Assembly (NCBI GenBank): GCA_964609585.1
Contig: CAZSRA010000004.1
Span: 27,417 to 91,416 of the forward strand
Source of the DNA: an uncultured Candidatus Saccharimonadales bacterium
GTDB taxonomy: Bacteria > Patescibacteriota > Saccharimonadia > UBA4664
Reading direction: 5' to 3'
DNA: 64,000 bases
Shown: piece by piece, positions 9,871 through 19,829 of the stretch
How the letters are laid out: every line of letters starts with the position of its first letter
Position numbering within the stretch: the stretch's first letter is position 1
Position numbers and translations under genes: made by a program
The notes under the pieces: generated by a model
Seen by the model: only the letters and a program-made list of their open reading frames with translations
Told to the model about the DNA's origin: nothing
Databases searched by the model: none

Positions 9871-10095
9871 ATGACCACTACGGCTACCCGGCCCGGTTCG
9901 GCCTCGGCTTACGTCTGTGAGCACCCGACGCCCTGTCCGGAGGCCCACGCCCCCGACCGCGACGCCGCCTTCATCCGGGCGGCCCACCCGGAGCAGGGCT
10001 GGTCGTTGCTGTGCAACGGCATCGTCCTGTTCGAGGACACCGGCGAGCTCCTGCCCGACGGCAGGTCGATCGCCCCCCACCGGCCCACTGACTGA
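9871..10095 (+). CDS. DUF5999-family small protein (actinobacterial type)
   Basis: CEHPTPCP...AAHPEQGWSLLCNGIVLFEDTGELLPDG matches the Streptomyces-type DUF5999 pattern as recalled; GGAAGGA SD; GC-rich, C-ending codons. Confidence 0.85.
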   Translation: MTTTATRPGSASAYVCEHPTPCPEAHAPDRDAAFIRAAHPEQGWSLLCNGIVLFEDTGELLPDGRSIAPHRPTD

Positions 10096-10292
10096 TAGCC
10101 TACGGGCTGCCGGTGACGCTCGGGGAGGCGTACTCCCCACCTACGACCCATCGACTACGCGCTTCGTGCGCGTGGTCGATGGGTTACCACCCCGAGTTAT
10201 CGATTGCAATACATCGATGTCTCAGGCTGGTTTTGTTCGATTGACCAGTGGCTATTGCCAGATACGTATAGAAGTGCTAATATACCCGAGTT

Positions 10293-10559
10293 ATGTTAAA
10301 ACCTGAATCTAAAACCAAGGTTATTTCAAGTCTTGCCACACACAAGACCGATACTGGCTCGCCTGAAGTGCAGGTCGGTATCTTTACTGAGCAGATTAAA
10401 GAGCTCACGAAGCATCTTCAAGTTCACAAAAAAGATGAGCACTCTCGTCGTGGCCTTTTGAAGATGGTGAGCAAGCGTCGCCGATTGCTTGATTACTTGA
10501 ACAAGCGTGACCCTTCTCGCTACCAGGACATTTTGAAGAAACTGGACCTGCGTCGGTAA
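10293..10559 (+). CDS. rpsO: 30S ribosomal protein S15
   Basis: [34 protein letters not shown]. Confidence 0.98.
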   Translation: MLKPESKTKVISSLATHKTDTGSPEVQVGIFTEQIKELTKHLQVHKKDEHSRRGLLKMVSKRRRLLDYLNKRDPSRYQDILKKLDLRR

Positions 10560-10580
10560 TTTCTATTCGTTGCTTTTGAA

Positions 10581-10606
10581 ATAAAGGCGGCTTTAGCCGC
10601 CTTTAT
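10581..10606 (+). terminator. Intrinsic terminator after rpsO
   Basis: ATAAAGGCGGC-TTTA-GCCGCCTTTAT perfect inverted repeat. Confidence 0.75.
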
Positions 10607-10685
10607 GGATTTAGAACTACTGCTTTGGACTGGGCGTAATCTGTGGTATAATTGCCGTACAACACATCCAGGTTTTACCAACCTA

Positions 10686-10781
10686 GACGGTGCGCATGTG
10701 ATTTATATGTGTTAGAGCTTTGGGATTAATGGATCACTCGGTCCTCTGTTAATCTCTTGTCCCTGGTACGTATGCGCCGTC
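10686..10781 (+). promoter_or_regulatory. Long stem-loop in pnp 5' leader
   Basis: GACGGTGCGCATGTG pairs with TACGTATGCGCCGTC; inner GGGATTAATGGA pairs with TCTGTTAATCTC (with G-U); extended -10 TGGTATAAT at 10644-10652. Confidence 0.6.
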
Positions 10782-10782
10782 G

Positions 10783-12909
10783 ATGAAGGACTTTATGAAA
10801 CAAGAAATCATTCACCCTTTCGGGGGCAAGACTCAGACGTTTAAAACTGAGTTTTGTGGTCGTGAACTTACTATTGAAACCGGTAAGATGGGCTTTTTGG
10901 CCGATGGCGCCGTAACGGTGCGTTATGGTGACACGGTAGTGCTGGGTACGGCGGTGGTGAGTAATCAGCCGCGGGATGGGGTGGACTTTTTCCCACTTTT
11001 AATTGACTTCGAGGAGCGATTTTACGCTTCGGGGAAGATTTCGGGGAGTCGCTTCATTAAGCGCGAAGGTCGGGCGAGTGAGCATGCGACTTTGAGCGCG
11101 CGGTTGATTGACCGGCCGATTCGGCCGTTGTTTCCGAAGGGCTATCGCAATGACGTGCAGAGTGTGGCGATGGTGATTTCGGCTGATCTTGAGCTAGCAT
11201 CGAACATTATTGCCATGACGGCGGTGTCGACGGCTTTGATGCTTTCTGGTGCGCCGTTTGAGGGGCCGGTGGCTGGGGTACGCGTGGGGCTGATTGACGG
11301 TGAGCTGGTGGCATTTCCGACTGAGGAGCAACTGCAGAATTCCAAGCTCGATCTGACGGTCGCGGGCACGAAAGACGCCATTATGATGGTGGAAGCGGGC
11401 GCGATGGAAGTGGACGAGGAGACGATGATCAAGGCAATTGAGCTCGCACACAAGAGCATTCAGCCGTTGATTAAATTGCAGGAAGAGATCGTAGCGAAGC
11501 TGGGCGTGAAAGAGAAGCCATTTGAGCTGGTGACAGCCGATGAGGAGTTGGTAGCTGCGATTAAGCACTTTTTGACGGGTAAACTAGGGCCAGCAGTGCG
11601 ACACCAAGATCACTACGTGCGCCACGATGCGATTCGCAACCTGGAGAGCGAAGTGGTGGAGCAGTTTGGTGAGAATTATGAGCATGCAAAGATTGAGGTG
11701 GCGTTTCGTAAGACGATAGATTATGAGATTCGCCGGGCGATCGTGGAAGACGGTGAGCGGCCGGATGGTCGCAAAACGACCGAGGTGCGGCCGATTTCCT
11801 CGCAGGTGGGGCTGCTGCCGCGCACGCACGGGAGTGCTTTGTTTACGCGCGGTTCGACCCAGGTGTTGAACGTGACGACGCTGGCTTCGACGACGTTTGC
11901 ACAGTTGATCGACACGATGGAAGAGAACACGACGAAACGCTACATGCACCATTACAATGCGCCGGGTTACTCAGGTGGCGAGGTGAAGCCAATGCGTTCG
12001 CCGGGCCGTCGCGAGATTGGGCACGGGGCTTTGGCCGAGCGAGCGCTTTTGCCAGTGATTCCGTCGGTGGAAGATTTCCCGTACACGATTCGCACGGTGT
12101 CTGAAGTGCTGAGCCAGAATGGTTCGAGCTCGATGGCGAGCGTGTGTGGTTCGACGCTGTCGCTGATGGACGCGGGAGTACCAATCCGAAAGCCCGTGGC
12201 CGGTATTGCGATGGGGCTCATCACCAAGGGTGACGGCGACTACGTGATTTTGAGCGACATCCAAGGTGCTGAGGACTTTGCTGGCGACATGGACTTTAAG
12301 GTCGCAGGTACTAAAGACGGCATTACGGCCTTGCAGATGGACATTAAGGTGAAGGGGATTACGCCGGCGATTATGCGCGACGCCCTGGCGCAGGCTCACA
12401 CGGGTCGGGCGCACATTATGAGCAAGATGATGGAAGTGTTGGACGAGCCGCGAGCTGAAATGAGCCCGTTTGCCCCACGGATTTCGAAGCTGATGATTAA
12501 CCCGGACAAGATCAAGGACGTGATCGGTAAGGGCGGCGAGACGATTAACCGGATTATTGCAGAAACTGGCGTGGAGATCGACATTGAAGATTCGGGTCTG
12601 GTGATGATTGCTTCGGTGGATGCTGAGGGTGCTGAGCGGGCGATTGAGATCATTAAGGGTCTTACCGAGGATCCTGAGGTGGGTACGATTTATACGGGCA
12701 CCGTGGTGAAACTGATGGACTTTGGGGCCTTCGTGAACGTTATGCCGGGCAAAGACGGCTTGGTGCACGTGAGCCAAATGAGCGATCAGCGGGTGGAAAA
12801 GGTAAGTGATGTGGTAAAATTGGGCGACAAGGTGCGCGTGAAGCTGATGGAAATTGATGCGCAGGGACGACTTAATTTGAGCATGAAGGCAGCAGCCGAA
12901 AAAAAGTAA
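10783..12909 (+). CDS. pnp: Polyribonucleotide nucleotidyltransferase (PNPase); start may be ATG 10795
   Basis: Two RNase PH domains (RLIDRPIRPLF, RREIGHG, GDMDFKVAG), KH (VIGKGG), S1 (FGAFV...GLVHVS). Confidence 0.98.
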   Translation: MKDFMKQEIIHPFGGKTQTFKTEFCGRELTIETGKMGFLADGAVTVRYGDTVVLGTAVVSNQPRDGVDFFPLLIDFEERFYASGKISGSRFIKREGRASEHATLSARLIDRPIRPLFPKGYRNDVQSVAMVISADLELASNIIAMTAVSTALMLSGAPFEGPVAGVRVGLIDGELVAFPTEEQLQNSKLDLTVAGTKDAIMMVEAGAMEVDEETMIKAIELAHKSIQPLIKLQEEIVAKLGVKEKPFELVTADEELVAAIKHFLTGKLGPAVRHQDHYVRHDAIRNLESEVVEQFGENYEHAKIEVAFRKTIDYEIRRAIVEDGERPDGRKTTEVRPISSQVGLLPRTHGSALFTRGSTQVLNVTTLASTTFAQLIDTMEENTTKRYMHHYNAPGYSGGEVKPMRSPGRREIGHGALAERALLPVIPSVEDFPYTIRTVSEVLSQNGSSSMASVCGSTLSLMDAGVPIRKPVAGIAMGLITKGDGDYVILSDIQGAEDFAGDMDFKVAGTKDGITALQMDIKVKGITPAIMRDALAQAHTGRAHIMSKMMEVLDEPRAEMSPFAPRISKLMINPDKIKDVIGKGGETINRIIAETGVEIDIEDSGLVMIASVDAEGAERAIEIIKGLTEDPEVGTIYTGTVVKLMDFGAFVNVMPGKDGLVHVSQMSDQRVEKVSDVVKLGDKVRVKLMEIDAQGRLNLSMKAAAEKK

Positions 12910-12985
12910 AATCGGGCTGATGTGGCATGAGGCCTCTGGCGTTTTTTAAGGCGCGAGGGGCCAAAGGGCCGCAGCAACCAAAAGA

Positions 12986-13579
12986 GTGAGCATGCAGGAA
13001 GAAAAAACAGATAAAGCGGCACAGCTGGCGGAAATAGCTCAGGCGATTGAAGCCAATAATGTGACTCCCCATTTGCGGGCTACGGCTACCCAACTCGTGT
13101 TCGGGACGGGGAGTGTGGACGCGGAGCTAATGTTCATTGGCGAGGCACCGGGGAAGCAGGAAGATCTGCAAGGCGAGCCATTTGTAGGGGCGGCAGGCAA
13201 GTTTTTGAACGAGATGCTGGATTCGATTGGCCTGAAACGGGCGGACATTTACATTAGCAACATCGTGAAATACCGGCCGCCGGACAACCGGGACCCCACG
13301 CCGGAAGAAATAACTGAATTTGTGCCGTATCTGAAGCAACAGATCGCGGTGATACGGCCCAAATTGGTGATATTTCTGGGAAGGCATTCTATGAATGTGT
13401 TCTTGCCGGAGCTTAAGATTAGCCAGGCGCATGGCAAGCCGGTGCGCAAGGGTGGGCAAGTGTATTTGCCATTGTTCCACCCGGCGGCAGCGCTGTATAA
13501 CGGATCGATGCGTGAGACGTTGATGGCAGATTTTGCATTGATTCCGGTGATACTGGAAAAAATTGCTCAAGCTTCCTAA
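12986..13579 (+). CDS. Uracil-DNA glycosylase, family 4-like
   Basis: FIGEAPG, GEPFVGAAG, NIVKYRPPDNRDP, HPAAALY; lacks the Fe-S cysteines. Confidence 0.92.
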   Translation: MSMQEEKTDKAAQLAEIAQAIEANNVTPHLRATATQLVFGTGSVDAELMFIGEAPGKQEDLQGEPFVGAAGKFLNEMLDSIGLKRADIYISNIVKYRPPDNRDPTPEEITEFVPYLKQQIAVIRPKLVIFLGRHSMNVFLPELKISQAHGKPVRKGGQVYLPLFHPAAALYNGSMRETLMADFALIPVILEKIAQAS

Positions 13580-13658
13580 ATAAATACCACCACATTTAAT
13601 TTGAATAACAACAAAATTTGGCTGCTATATAGCGTAGTCTGAACGAAAGGACCATTCA

Positions 13659-15887
13659 TTGGAACCAAATAAACAACAACCATCAGCCCAAAATGACTCG
13701 GCTGGTACAAATAGCGCGAAGCCTCGGGTGAGTAACCCGGTGGCTGGTAATGCGCCGAAATTGCCCCCAAGGCCGGAGTTTGAGCAGGCGTCGCGTCCGG
13801 CACAGCGACCGTGGCAGGCTCGAACCCCGCGGGCTGACGGTGCGGCGGGCCAAGGTGGGCTGGCGCGACCGGCGGCTAGGCCAGTGGGGCAGCCACCGCG
13901 AAACGGTGCGGCGGGTGTGCGACCGGTGGGCGCTGTGGGTGCACGGCCGGCTGGCGTGCGACCAAATGGGCTAGCGCCGGCGAGTGCTCAGTCCGGCGGT
14001 GTTCGTCCGCAGGGCGGCAATGGTGGCGGTAATCGAGGCGGCGGGAATCGCCGGCGAGGTGGCCAATCACAAGTGCCAAATCACACGGATTTGATGCCCG
14101 CACTCGATGCGATGCCGGTGAACAAGAGCATTTTTAATGGCTTGGCGGGCGTGCAGCAATCGAAGAAGCAGTCCCGTGGACCGGCAAACCAGGTGACGAA
14201 CAGCCCGAAGCTGAAGGTGATGCCTTTGGGCGGCCTGGGTGAGATCGGCAAGAACATGATGGCGATTGAGTATGGCAACGAAATTATTATTTTGGATATG
14301 GGTTTTGCGTTTCCGGACGCGAATCAGCCGGGTGTGGATTACATTTTGCCAGATGTAACGTATCTTGAGAAGAATCGTCATAAGGTGAAGGCGATTGTAA
14401 TTACGCACGGTCACATGGACCACATTGGCGCTTCGGGTTATATGATTCCGAAGTTTCCGGTGCCGATTTATGGCTCACGATTGAGCTTGGGCATGGTAGC
14501 AAAGCAGATCGAAGAGTTTAAGATTCAGACGCCGCGGTTTGTGGTGATGGATCCAGACAAGCACGAAAAGGTGCAAATTGGTAATTTTAGTATTGAGCTG
14601 GTGCGGGTGACGCACACGATTTCGGACGCGACAGCGATTATTATTCGTACGCCGGTGGGCATCATCATCGATACCGGTGACTGGCGCATGGACCCGACGC
14701 CGCTTGACGGCAAAATGATGGACCTGGCGCGGTTTAAGGAGCTGGGCGACGAGGGCGTGCTGCTGCTCATGAGCGACTCCACAAGCTGCGACAAGGTGGG
14801 CCGTGGTGGTAGTGAAAAGCTGGTGGAGCCGACGATTCACGATTTGTTTGGTCGGGCGGACGGACGCATTATTATTTCCACGTTTTCGAGCTCGATTACG
14901 CGGGTGCAGTTGATCATTGAGGCGGCAGCGAAGTCGGGGCGGAAGCTGGCCTTGGTGGGCCGCTCGATGTTGTCGACGATTGAGTTGTGCGTGAAGATGG
15001 GGTACTTGAGCGTGCCGCAGGGGCTGTTGATTCGAGCCCAGGACCTTAGTAATCATCCGGACGGTCAGATTGTAGTGCTTTGTACGGGTTCGCAGGGTGA
15101 GGAAAATTCGGCCTTGTCGCGCATGAGCACGGGTGATCACCAAAATGTGAAGATTAAGCCGGGCGACACAGTGATCTTTAGCTCGAGCGTGATTCCGGGT
15201 AATGAAGTGGCGATTGTGAAGCTGGTAGATAATTTGATGCGCGAAGGGGCGAGCGTGTTTTCGCGCGCGACTGAGGCTTTGCGCGGGCACGGAACGGTGC
15301 ACGTGGGTGGTCACGCTTCGCGCGACGACGTGGCGGATCTCGTGAGTTTGGTGCGACCGAAGTTCTTTATGCCGATCCACGGTGAGTTTCACCACTTGGT
15401 GTACAACTCCGAGGTAGCAGTGGAAAACGGCGTGCCGCGAGAGAACTGCTTTGTGATGGATAATGGGGACGTGCTCGAGCTCACAGCAACGACAGCTCAA
15501 AAGGGTGCACGCATTCCGGCCGGCATGGTGATGGTGGACGGTGCGGGAGTAGGGGATGTGGAAGGTGTGGTGTTGCGCGACCGGTTGGCGCTGGGCGGCG
15601 AAGGTGTGTTTATGATCATTGCTACGGTGAGCCGGAAGACGGGGCGACTGGTGAGTAGCCCGGACATTATTTCGCGCGGCTTCATTTATATGAAGGAGCA
15701 CGAGGAGCTGATTAATTCGGCGCGGGCGGAAGTGCGTAAAGCGTTTGAAAAGCGGACAGTGACGGGCAATCCGAGCCGTGAAGACTGGGCGAAGTTTAAG
15801 CTGCGTTTGCGGGATGACATTGGCGACTTATTGTATTCAAAAACGAAGCGAAATCCCATGGTGCTGCCGGTAATTAACGAAGTTTAG
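13659..15887 (+). CDS. rnj: Ribonuclease J with long disordered N-terminal extension
   Basis: PLGGLGEIGKN, THGHMDHIG, CTGSQGE, HVGGH, PIHGE; TTG start with AAAGGA SD. Confidence 0.96.
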   Translation: MEPNKQQPSAQNDSAGTNSAKPRVSNPVAGNAPKLPPRPEFEQASRPAQRPWQARTPRADGAAGQGGLARPAARPVGQPPRNGAAGVRPVGAVGARPAGVRPNGLAPASAQSGGVRPQGGNGGGNRGGGNRRRGGQSQVPNHTDLMPALDAMPVNKSIFNGLAGVQQSKKQSRGPANQVTNSPKLKVMPLGGLGEIGKNMMAIEYGNEIIILDMGFAFPDANQPGVDYILPDVTYLEKNRHKVKAIVITHGHMDHIGASGYMIPKFPVPIYGSRLSLGMVAKQIEEFKIQTPRFVVMDPDKHEKVQIGNFSIELVRVTHTISDATAIIIRTPVGIIIDTGDWRMDPTPLDGKMMDLARFKELGDEGVLLLMSDSTSCDKVGRGGSEKLVEPTIHDLFGRADGRIIISTFSSSITRVQLIIEAAAKSGRKLALVGRSMLSTIELCVKMGYLSVPQGLLIRAQDLSNHPDGQIVVLCTGSQGEENSALSRMSTGDHQNVKIKPGDTVIFSSSVIPGNEVAIVKLVDNLMREGASVFSRATEALRGHGTVHVGGHASRDDVADLVSLVRPKFFMPIHGEFHHLVYNSEVAVENGVPRENCFVMDNGDVLELTATTAQKGARIPAGMVMVDGAGVGDVEGVVLRDRLALGGEGVFMIIATVSRKTGRLVSSPDIISRGFIYMKEHEELINSARAEVRKAFEKRTVTGNPSREDWAKFKLRLRDDIGDLLYSKTKRNPMVLPVINEV

Positions 15888-16087
15888 GACCAGTATCTGG
15901 GACGCAGAGGTCTCGATCGATTCGTTATAACAAGCATATTTGTGGCTTGTTTCAGGGCCGGTAGTTGCAAGCATTGAGCTATTGAGCAGGCTGCTTGACG
16001 GCCCGGCTTTGTGGTGGCGTGTTGCATAAACCTATCCAGAATGATATACTTAACATGTACGTTAAGTAAAATAGGATTTAGGTAATT

Positions 16088-16498
16088 GTGAATACAGATA
16101 AGAAATATGCGAAAGCAACTATGACGATAAGCGGGCACTCGGCTGAGCCATATGACGAGCCAAAAGAAGGCCCAAGTCTTATAAAGGGTCATTCTGAAGA
16201 GCGATATAGCGGCGAGATCGCGGGGGTGGGTGTGCTCGAATTTGTGCAGGCGAATCAACAAGATGGATCGGCCACTTTTACCGGGATTAAGCGGATAACC
16301 GGTACGCTCGACGGCAAGCAAGGCTCATTTTTGCTTCAAGATACAGGGACGGTAAAAGGGACGAAGCTTGATGGGGATTGGCTGATTGTGCCAGGGTCGG
16401 GTACGGGTGAGTTGGTTGGGCTTCGTGGTGATGGTGGGATTCATACTGCTGTAGACGCCGACAGTCACCCCGTGCATCTTAATTATTGGTTTGAATAA
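16088..16498 (+). CDS. DUF3224-like protein
   Basis: GTLDGKQGSFLLQDTG and IVPGSGTGELVGLRGDG signature. Confidence 0.8.
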   Translation: MNTDKKYAKATMTISGHSAEPYDEPKEGPSLIKGHSEERYSGEIAGVGVLEFVQANQQDGSATFTGIKRITGTLDGKQGSFLLQDTGTVKGTKLDGDWLIVPGSGTGELVGLRGDGGIHTAVDADSHPVHLNYWFE

Positions 16499-16567
16499 AC
16501 CTCGCAAAGGTCTCGCTCTGTGTGGCGGGCTTGCAAGGACATCAAACTAGGAGTATAGTTAACGAGT

Positions 16568-16909
16568 ATGTTAACTAAAGATGTTAGCCCCGAAGAACTC
16601 AACCTTGTCTTTCTTGCTCTTGGCAACGAGAAACGGCGTGCGATTGTGAATACTCTTTCGTTTCGTCCGGCTACTGTTAGCCAATTGGCGCAAGAACATG
16701 GTTTGTCGCTGCCTTCCATTCACCGGCATATCCGTTCCTTGGAGGAGGCTGGGCTCATTCAGCGACGAAAGGTTGGCCATACCAATTTTGTGGCCATAAA
16801 ACGTGCCGCGCTGAAAGCCGCCCAGGCTTGGATGGGTCAATACCATTTGGAGTGGGGTGACGATGATGAGTCGCTCGAGAATTACATCGACATGCTTAGT
16901 AGAAAGTAA
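16568..16909 (+). CDS. ArsR/SmtB-family transcriptional regulator
   Basis: VFLALGNEKRRAIV...TVSQLA...SLPSIHRHIRSLEEAGLIQRRKVG. Confidence 0.9.
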   Translation: MLTKDVSPEELNLVFLALGNEKRRAIVNTLSFRPATVSQLAQEHGLSLPSIHRHIRSLEEAGLIQRRKVGHTNFVAIKRAALKAAQAWMGQYHLEWGDDDESLENYIDMLSRK

Positions 16910-16927
16910 CAAATTGAAGGAGTAACA

Positions 16928-17227
16928 ATGAAGAACTATCTTATCATCAACCACAGTGATGGCACGACTGCCCCGGCCGGCCAAGCGGAGTGGGGGAAGT
17001 ACTTTGAGGTATTGAAGGATAACCTTGTGGACGGTGGCAAGCCAATCACCAAAACCCAGGCTGTGATTAAAGACAACAAGGTTACCGAGGCGTCAGATAC
17101 GGTGGTTGGATATACCATTCTTAAGGCTGAAAGTCTTGATGAAGCGACTGAACTTGTGGTTAAGGCTAGTCCGCTGGCCAATAAGCCTGGCTGTGAAGTT
17201 CGTGTGTATGAAATGATGCAGATGTAA
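16928..17227 (+). CDS. YciI/YCII-like protein
   Basis: LVDGGKP, VGYTILKAESLDEA, EVRV pattern; GAAGGAG SD. Confidence 0.75.
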   Translation: MKNYLIINHSDGTTAPAGQAEWGKYFEVLKDNLVDGGKPITKTQAVIKDNKVTEASDTVVGYTILKAESLDEATELVVKASPLANKPGCEVRVYEMMQM

Positions 17228-17416
17228 AACGGCTGAAAAAGACAGGGAAGTGGCACATGCTATCTGGCGTGGGCCATTTTTCTTTTGAGGGATGGATTGA
17301 GGCGTAGCTGAATAAAATTGCGCGACGTTATTCGATTTAGCTTCGAGCGGGAGCTGTCTGAACAATTTTTGAGTTCTGATTAGCTTATGCTTGCGATCTG
17401 ATATAATGACACAACG

Positions 17417-19630
17417 ATGGCTGCCAAGAAATCAACCAGGAAAACACGCAAGGCACCGGCCTCTAGGCGTTCTAAGGCAAAGGCGCGCAAGCTTTCGCCG
17501 GAAGCCCAGCGCGAAATATCGGCAGTGGTGCTAGGACTGCTAGCATTGTTGACAGCTTTTGCGTGCTTTAATTTTGGTGGCACGTTGCCGTCTGGAATGT
17601 TTCACGGTTTGCGAGTGGCGATGGGGTACGCGGCGTATCTTTTGCCGGTGATTTTTGGGGCTTTGGCGTGGATGCTGTTTCAGCCGGACAAATATACGGT
17701 GAAGGGGCTGAACTATTTGGGATTTGCGGGGTTGCTGGCTAGCTTGTCGGCATTGTTTCATATTGGGTTTGGGAGTACAGATGGTAGCCTGGCCGCTCAA
17801 AATGGTTTGGGCGGTGGGTATTTGGGGTATGGGATCTCGAGTTGGATGTTGATGGTGCTAAATAGCGTGGCGGCAAGTATTGTGCTGGTGGCGCTCATGG
17901 CAATTTTCTTGATTTTGGCGACGAACACGAATTTGAAAGCGCTGTTTGGCACGATTTTTGCCGGGTTTACCCGTGAGGGTAAAGAAAAGGAAGAGAAGGC
18001 GCCGGAGGTAAAGCCGGATCTTGCCCAGCTGACCGTGAACGACAACTCGGGTTCGCCGGTGACGACTTTGCCGATGCGCGGTGAGCTGAATGTGGGCGGG
18101 GCGAAGAAGACGGTGAGTGCTCCGATGCCGGAACAGCCGCAAGAGGCGCTAACGGCGAATTCGGAAGAGGCGTGGACGCCGCCGAGCTTGGATTTGCTCC
18201 AGGCAACGAGTACGAAGGCGGATGCCGGGGACGTGAAGGCGAACGCAACGACGATCCAGAGTACGATGGAGAGCTTCGGCATTCATGTGACGATGGGCGA
18301 GGTGAATGTGGGGCCAACAGTGACGCAGTATACGTTTATTCCGCCGGCGGGAGTGAAGCTTAACAAGATTACGGGGCTGGATACGAACTTGGCTTTGAGT
18401 TTGGCGGCGCACCCGATTCGGATTGAAGCGCCGATTCCGGGAAAGAGCGCAGTGGGAGTGGAGATTCCAAATAAGGCGATTGCAACGGTGCGGCTGCGCG
18501 ATGTGCTGAGCGCGCCGGAGATTAAATCACAGAAGACGCCGCTGACGTTTGTGCTGGGGCGGGACGTGAGTGGGACGCCGATGAGCTCAGATCTGGCGGC
18601 GATGCCGCACCTTTTGATCGCTGGGGCTACGGGCTCGGGTAAGTCGGTGATGATTAACGCGCTTTTGACGAGCCTGCTGTACCGGAATTCGCCGGCGGAT
18701 ATGAAGTTGATTTTGGTGGACCCGAAGCGGGTGGAGTTAGGGTTATATAACGATATTCCGCATCTTTTGACACCGGTGATTGTGGAGCCGGAGAAGTGTA
18801 TTTCGGCACTGAAATGGGCGGTGGCGGAGATGGAGCGCCGGTACAAGCTGCTGGCGGAGATGGGTAATCGCAACATTGTGGAGTACAACACGGCGCACAA
18901 GGGTGAAGCGATGCCATATATCGTAATTGTGATTGATGAGCTGGCGGACCTGATGGTGCTGGCGGCGGCGGATGTGGAGACATTGATTGTGCGATTGGCG
19001 CAGATGGCGCGCGCCGTGGGCATCCACTTGGTGCTGGCGACGCAGCGGCCCAGTGTGGATGTGATTACGGGTATTATTAAGGCGAATATCCCGGCGCGGC
19101 TGGCGTTTAGCGTAGCGAGCCAGATTGATTCGCGGACGATTTTGGACCAGATGGGGGCGGAAAAGCTTTTGGGTAAGGGTGACATGCTGTTTTCGAGCCC
19201 GGAATACATTAAGCCAAGGCGGATTCAGGGTGTGTATGTGGACGATAAGGAGACGAAGGCGGTTACGGATTATTTGCGGTCGGCGCGCTCGCCACAGTAC
19301 AACGATGAGGTGCTGGCGCAGAAGGTGTCGATTGGTAAAGGCGGTGGCGGAGGCGGCGGGGGCGACATGGGCGAGCCGGACGACGATATGTTTAATGAGG
19401 CGGCGGAGGCGGTGTTTCGAGCCGGGAAGGCGAGTGCGAGTATGCTGCAGCGGCGGTTGCGGATCGGATATGCTCGGGCGGCGCGGTTGTTGGATCTTTT
19501 GGAGGAGCGCGGGATTATTGGGCCGGCGGATGGGGCGCGGCCAAGGGACGTGTTGATTTCGAGTTTGGATCAGATTGGGTCTGGCGGTGATGGTGATGTG
19601 ATGCGGCAGGCGGAGCCTTACGAGGAGTAG
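17417..19630 (+). CDS. ftsK: DNA translocase FtsK
   Basis: N-terminal TM segments, Walker A GATGSGKS, VIDELADLM, ATQRPSVDV, gamma domain LQRRLRIGYARAARLLD. Confidence 0.98.
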   Translation: MAAKKSTRKTRKAPASRRSKAKARKLSPEAQREISAVVLGLLALLTAFACFNFGGTLPSGMFHGLRVAMGYAAYLLPVIFGALAWMLFQPDKYTVKGLNYLGFAGLLASLSALFHIGFGSTDGSLAAQNGLGGGYLGYGISSWMLMVLNSVAASIVLVALMAIFLILATNTNLKALFGTIFAGFTREGKEKEEKAPEVKPDLAQLTVNDNSGSPVTTLPMRGELNVGGAKKTVSAPMPEQPQEALTANSEEAWTPPSLDLLQATSTKADAGDVKANATTIQSTMESFGIHVTMGEVNVGPTVTQYTFIPPAGVKLNKITGLDTNLALSLAAHPIRIEAPIPGKSAVGVEIPNKAIATVRLRDVLSAPEIKSQKTPLTFVLGRDVSGTPMSSDLAAMPHLLIAGATGSGKSVMINALLTSLLYRNSPADMKLILVDPKRVELGLYNDIPHLLTPVIVEPEKCISALKWAVAEMERRYKLLAEMGNRNIVEYNTAHKGEAMPYIVIVIDELADLMVLAAADVETLIVRLAQMARAVGIHLVLATQRPSVDVITGIIKANIPARLAFSVASQIDSRTILDQMGAEKLLGKGDMLFSSPEYIKPRRIQGVYVDDKETKAVTDYLRSARSPQYNDEVLAQKVSIGKGGGGGGGGDMGEPDDDMFNEAAEAVFRAGKASASMLQRRLRIGYARAARLLDLLEERGIIGPADGARPRDVLISSLDQIGSGGDGDVMRQAEPYEE

Positions 19631-19829
19631 GCTGGTTCGCTAGGTTTGTTTCACGGAGCTGGTGGGTTCGGCTGCGGCCATAAACTCCTTCTTTGCGAGC
19701 GAACTCGACCTTCTGGCTGGGTGTAAGTTTTGTCTTGTCGGGCGCGGTCTGCGGGCGGAGTTTGTGGCCTGCGCTCTACCCCTTATGCCTTTATCTCTAT
19801 CTCGGCGGGATAGCTGGTAAGATAGGGGC

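Noticed and set aside
16088-17227. DUF3224-ArsR-YciI trio as a novel system
   Set aside because: Common small stress-response families with no unusual architecture visible.
14475-19209. Long antisense ORFs (14475-15701, 18283-19209 and similar elsewhere)
   Set aside because: Mirror frames of rnj, ftsK and other conserved genes, with no independent signals.
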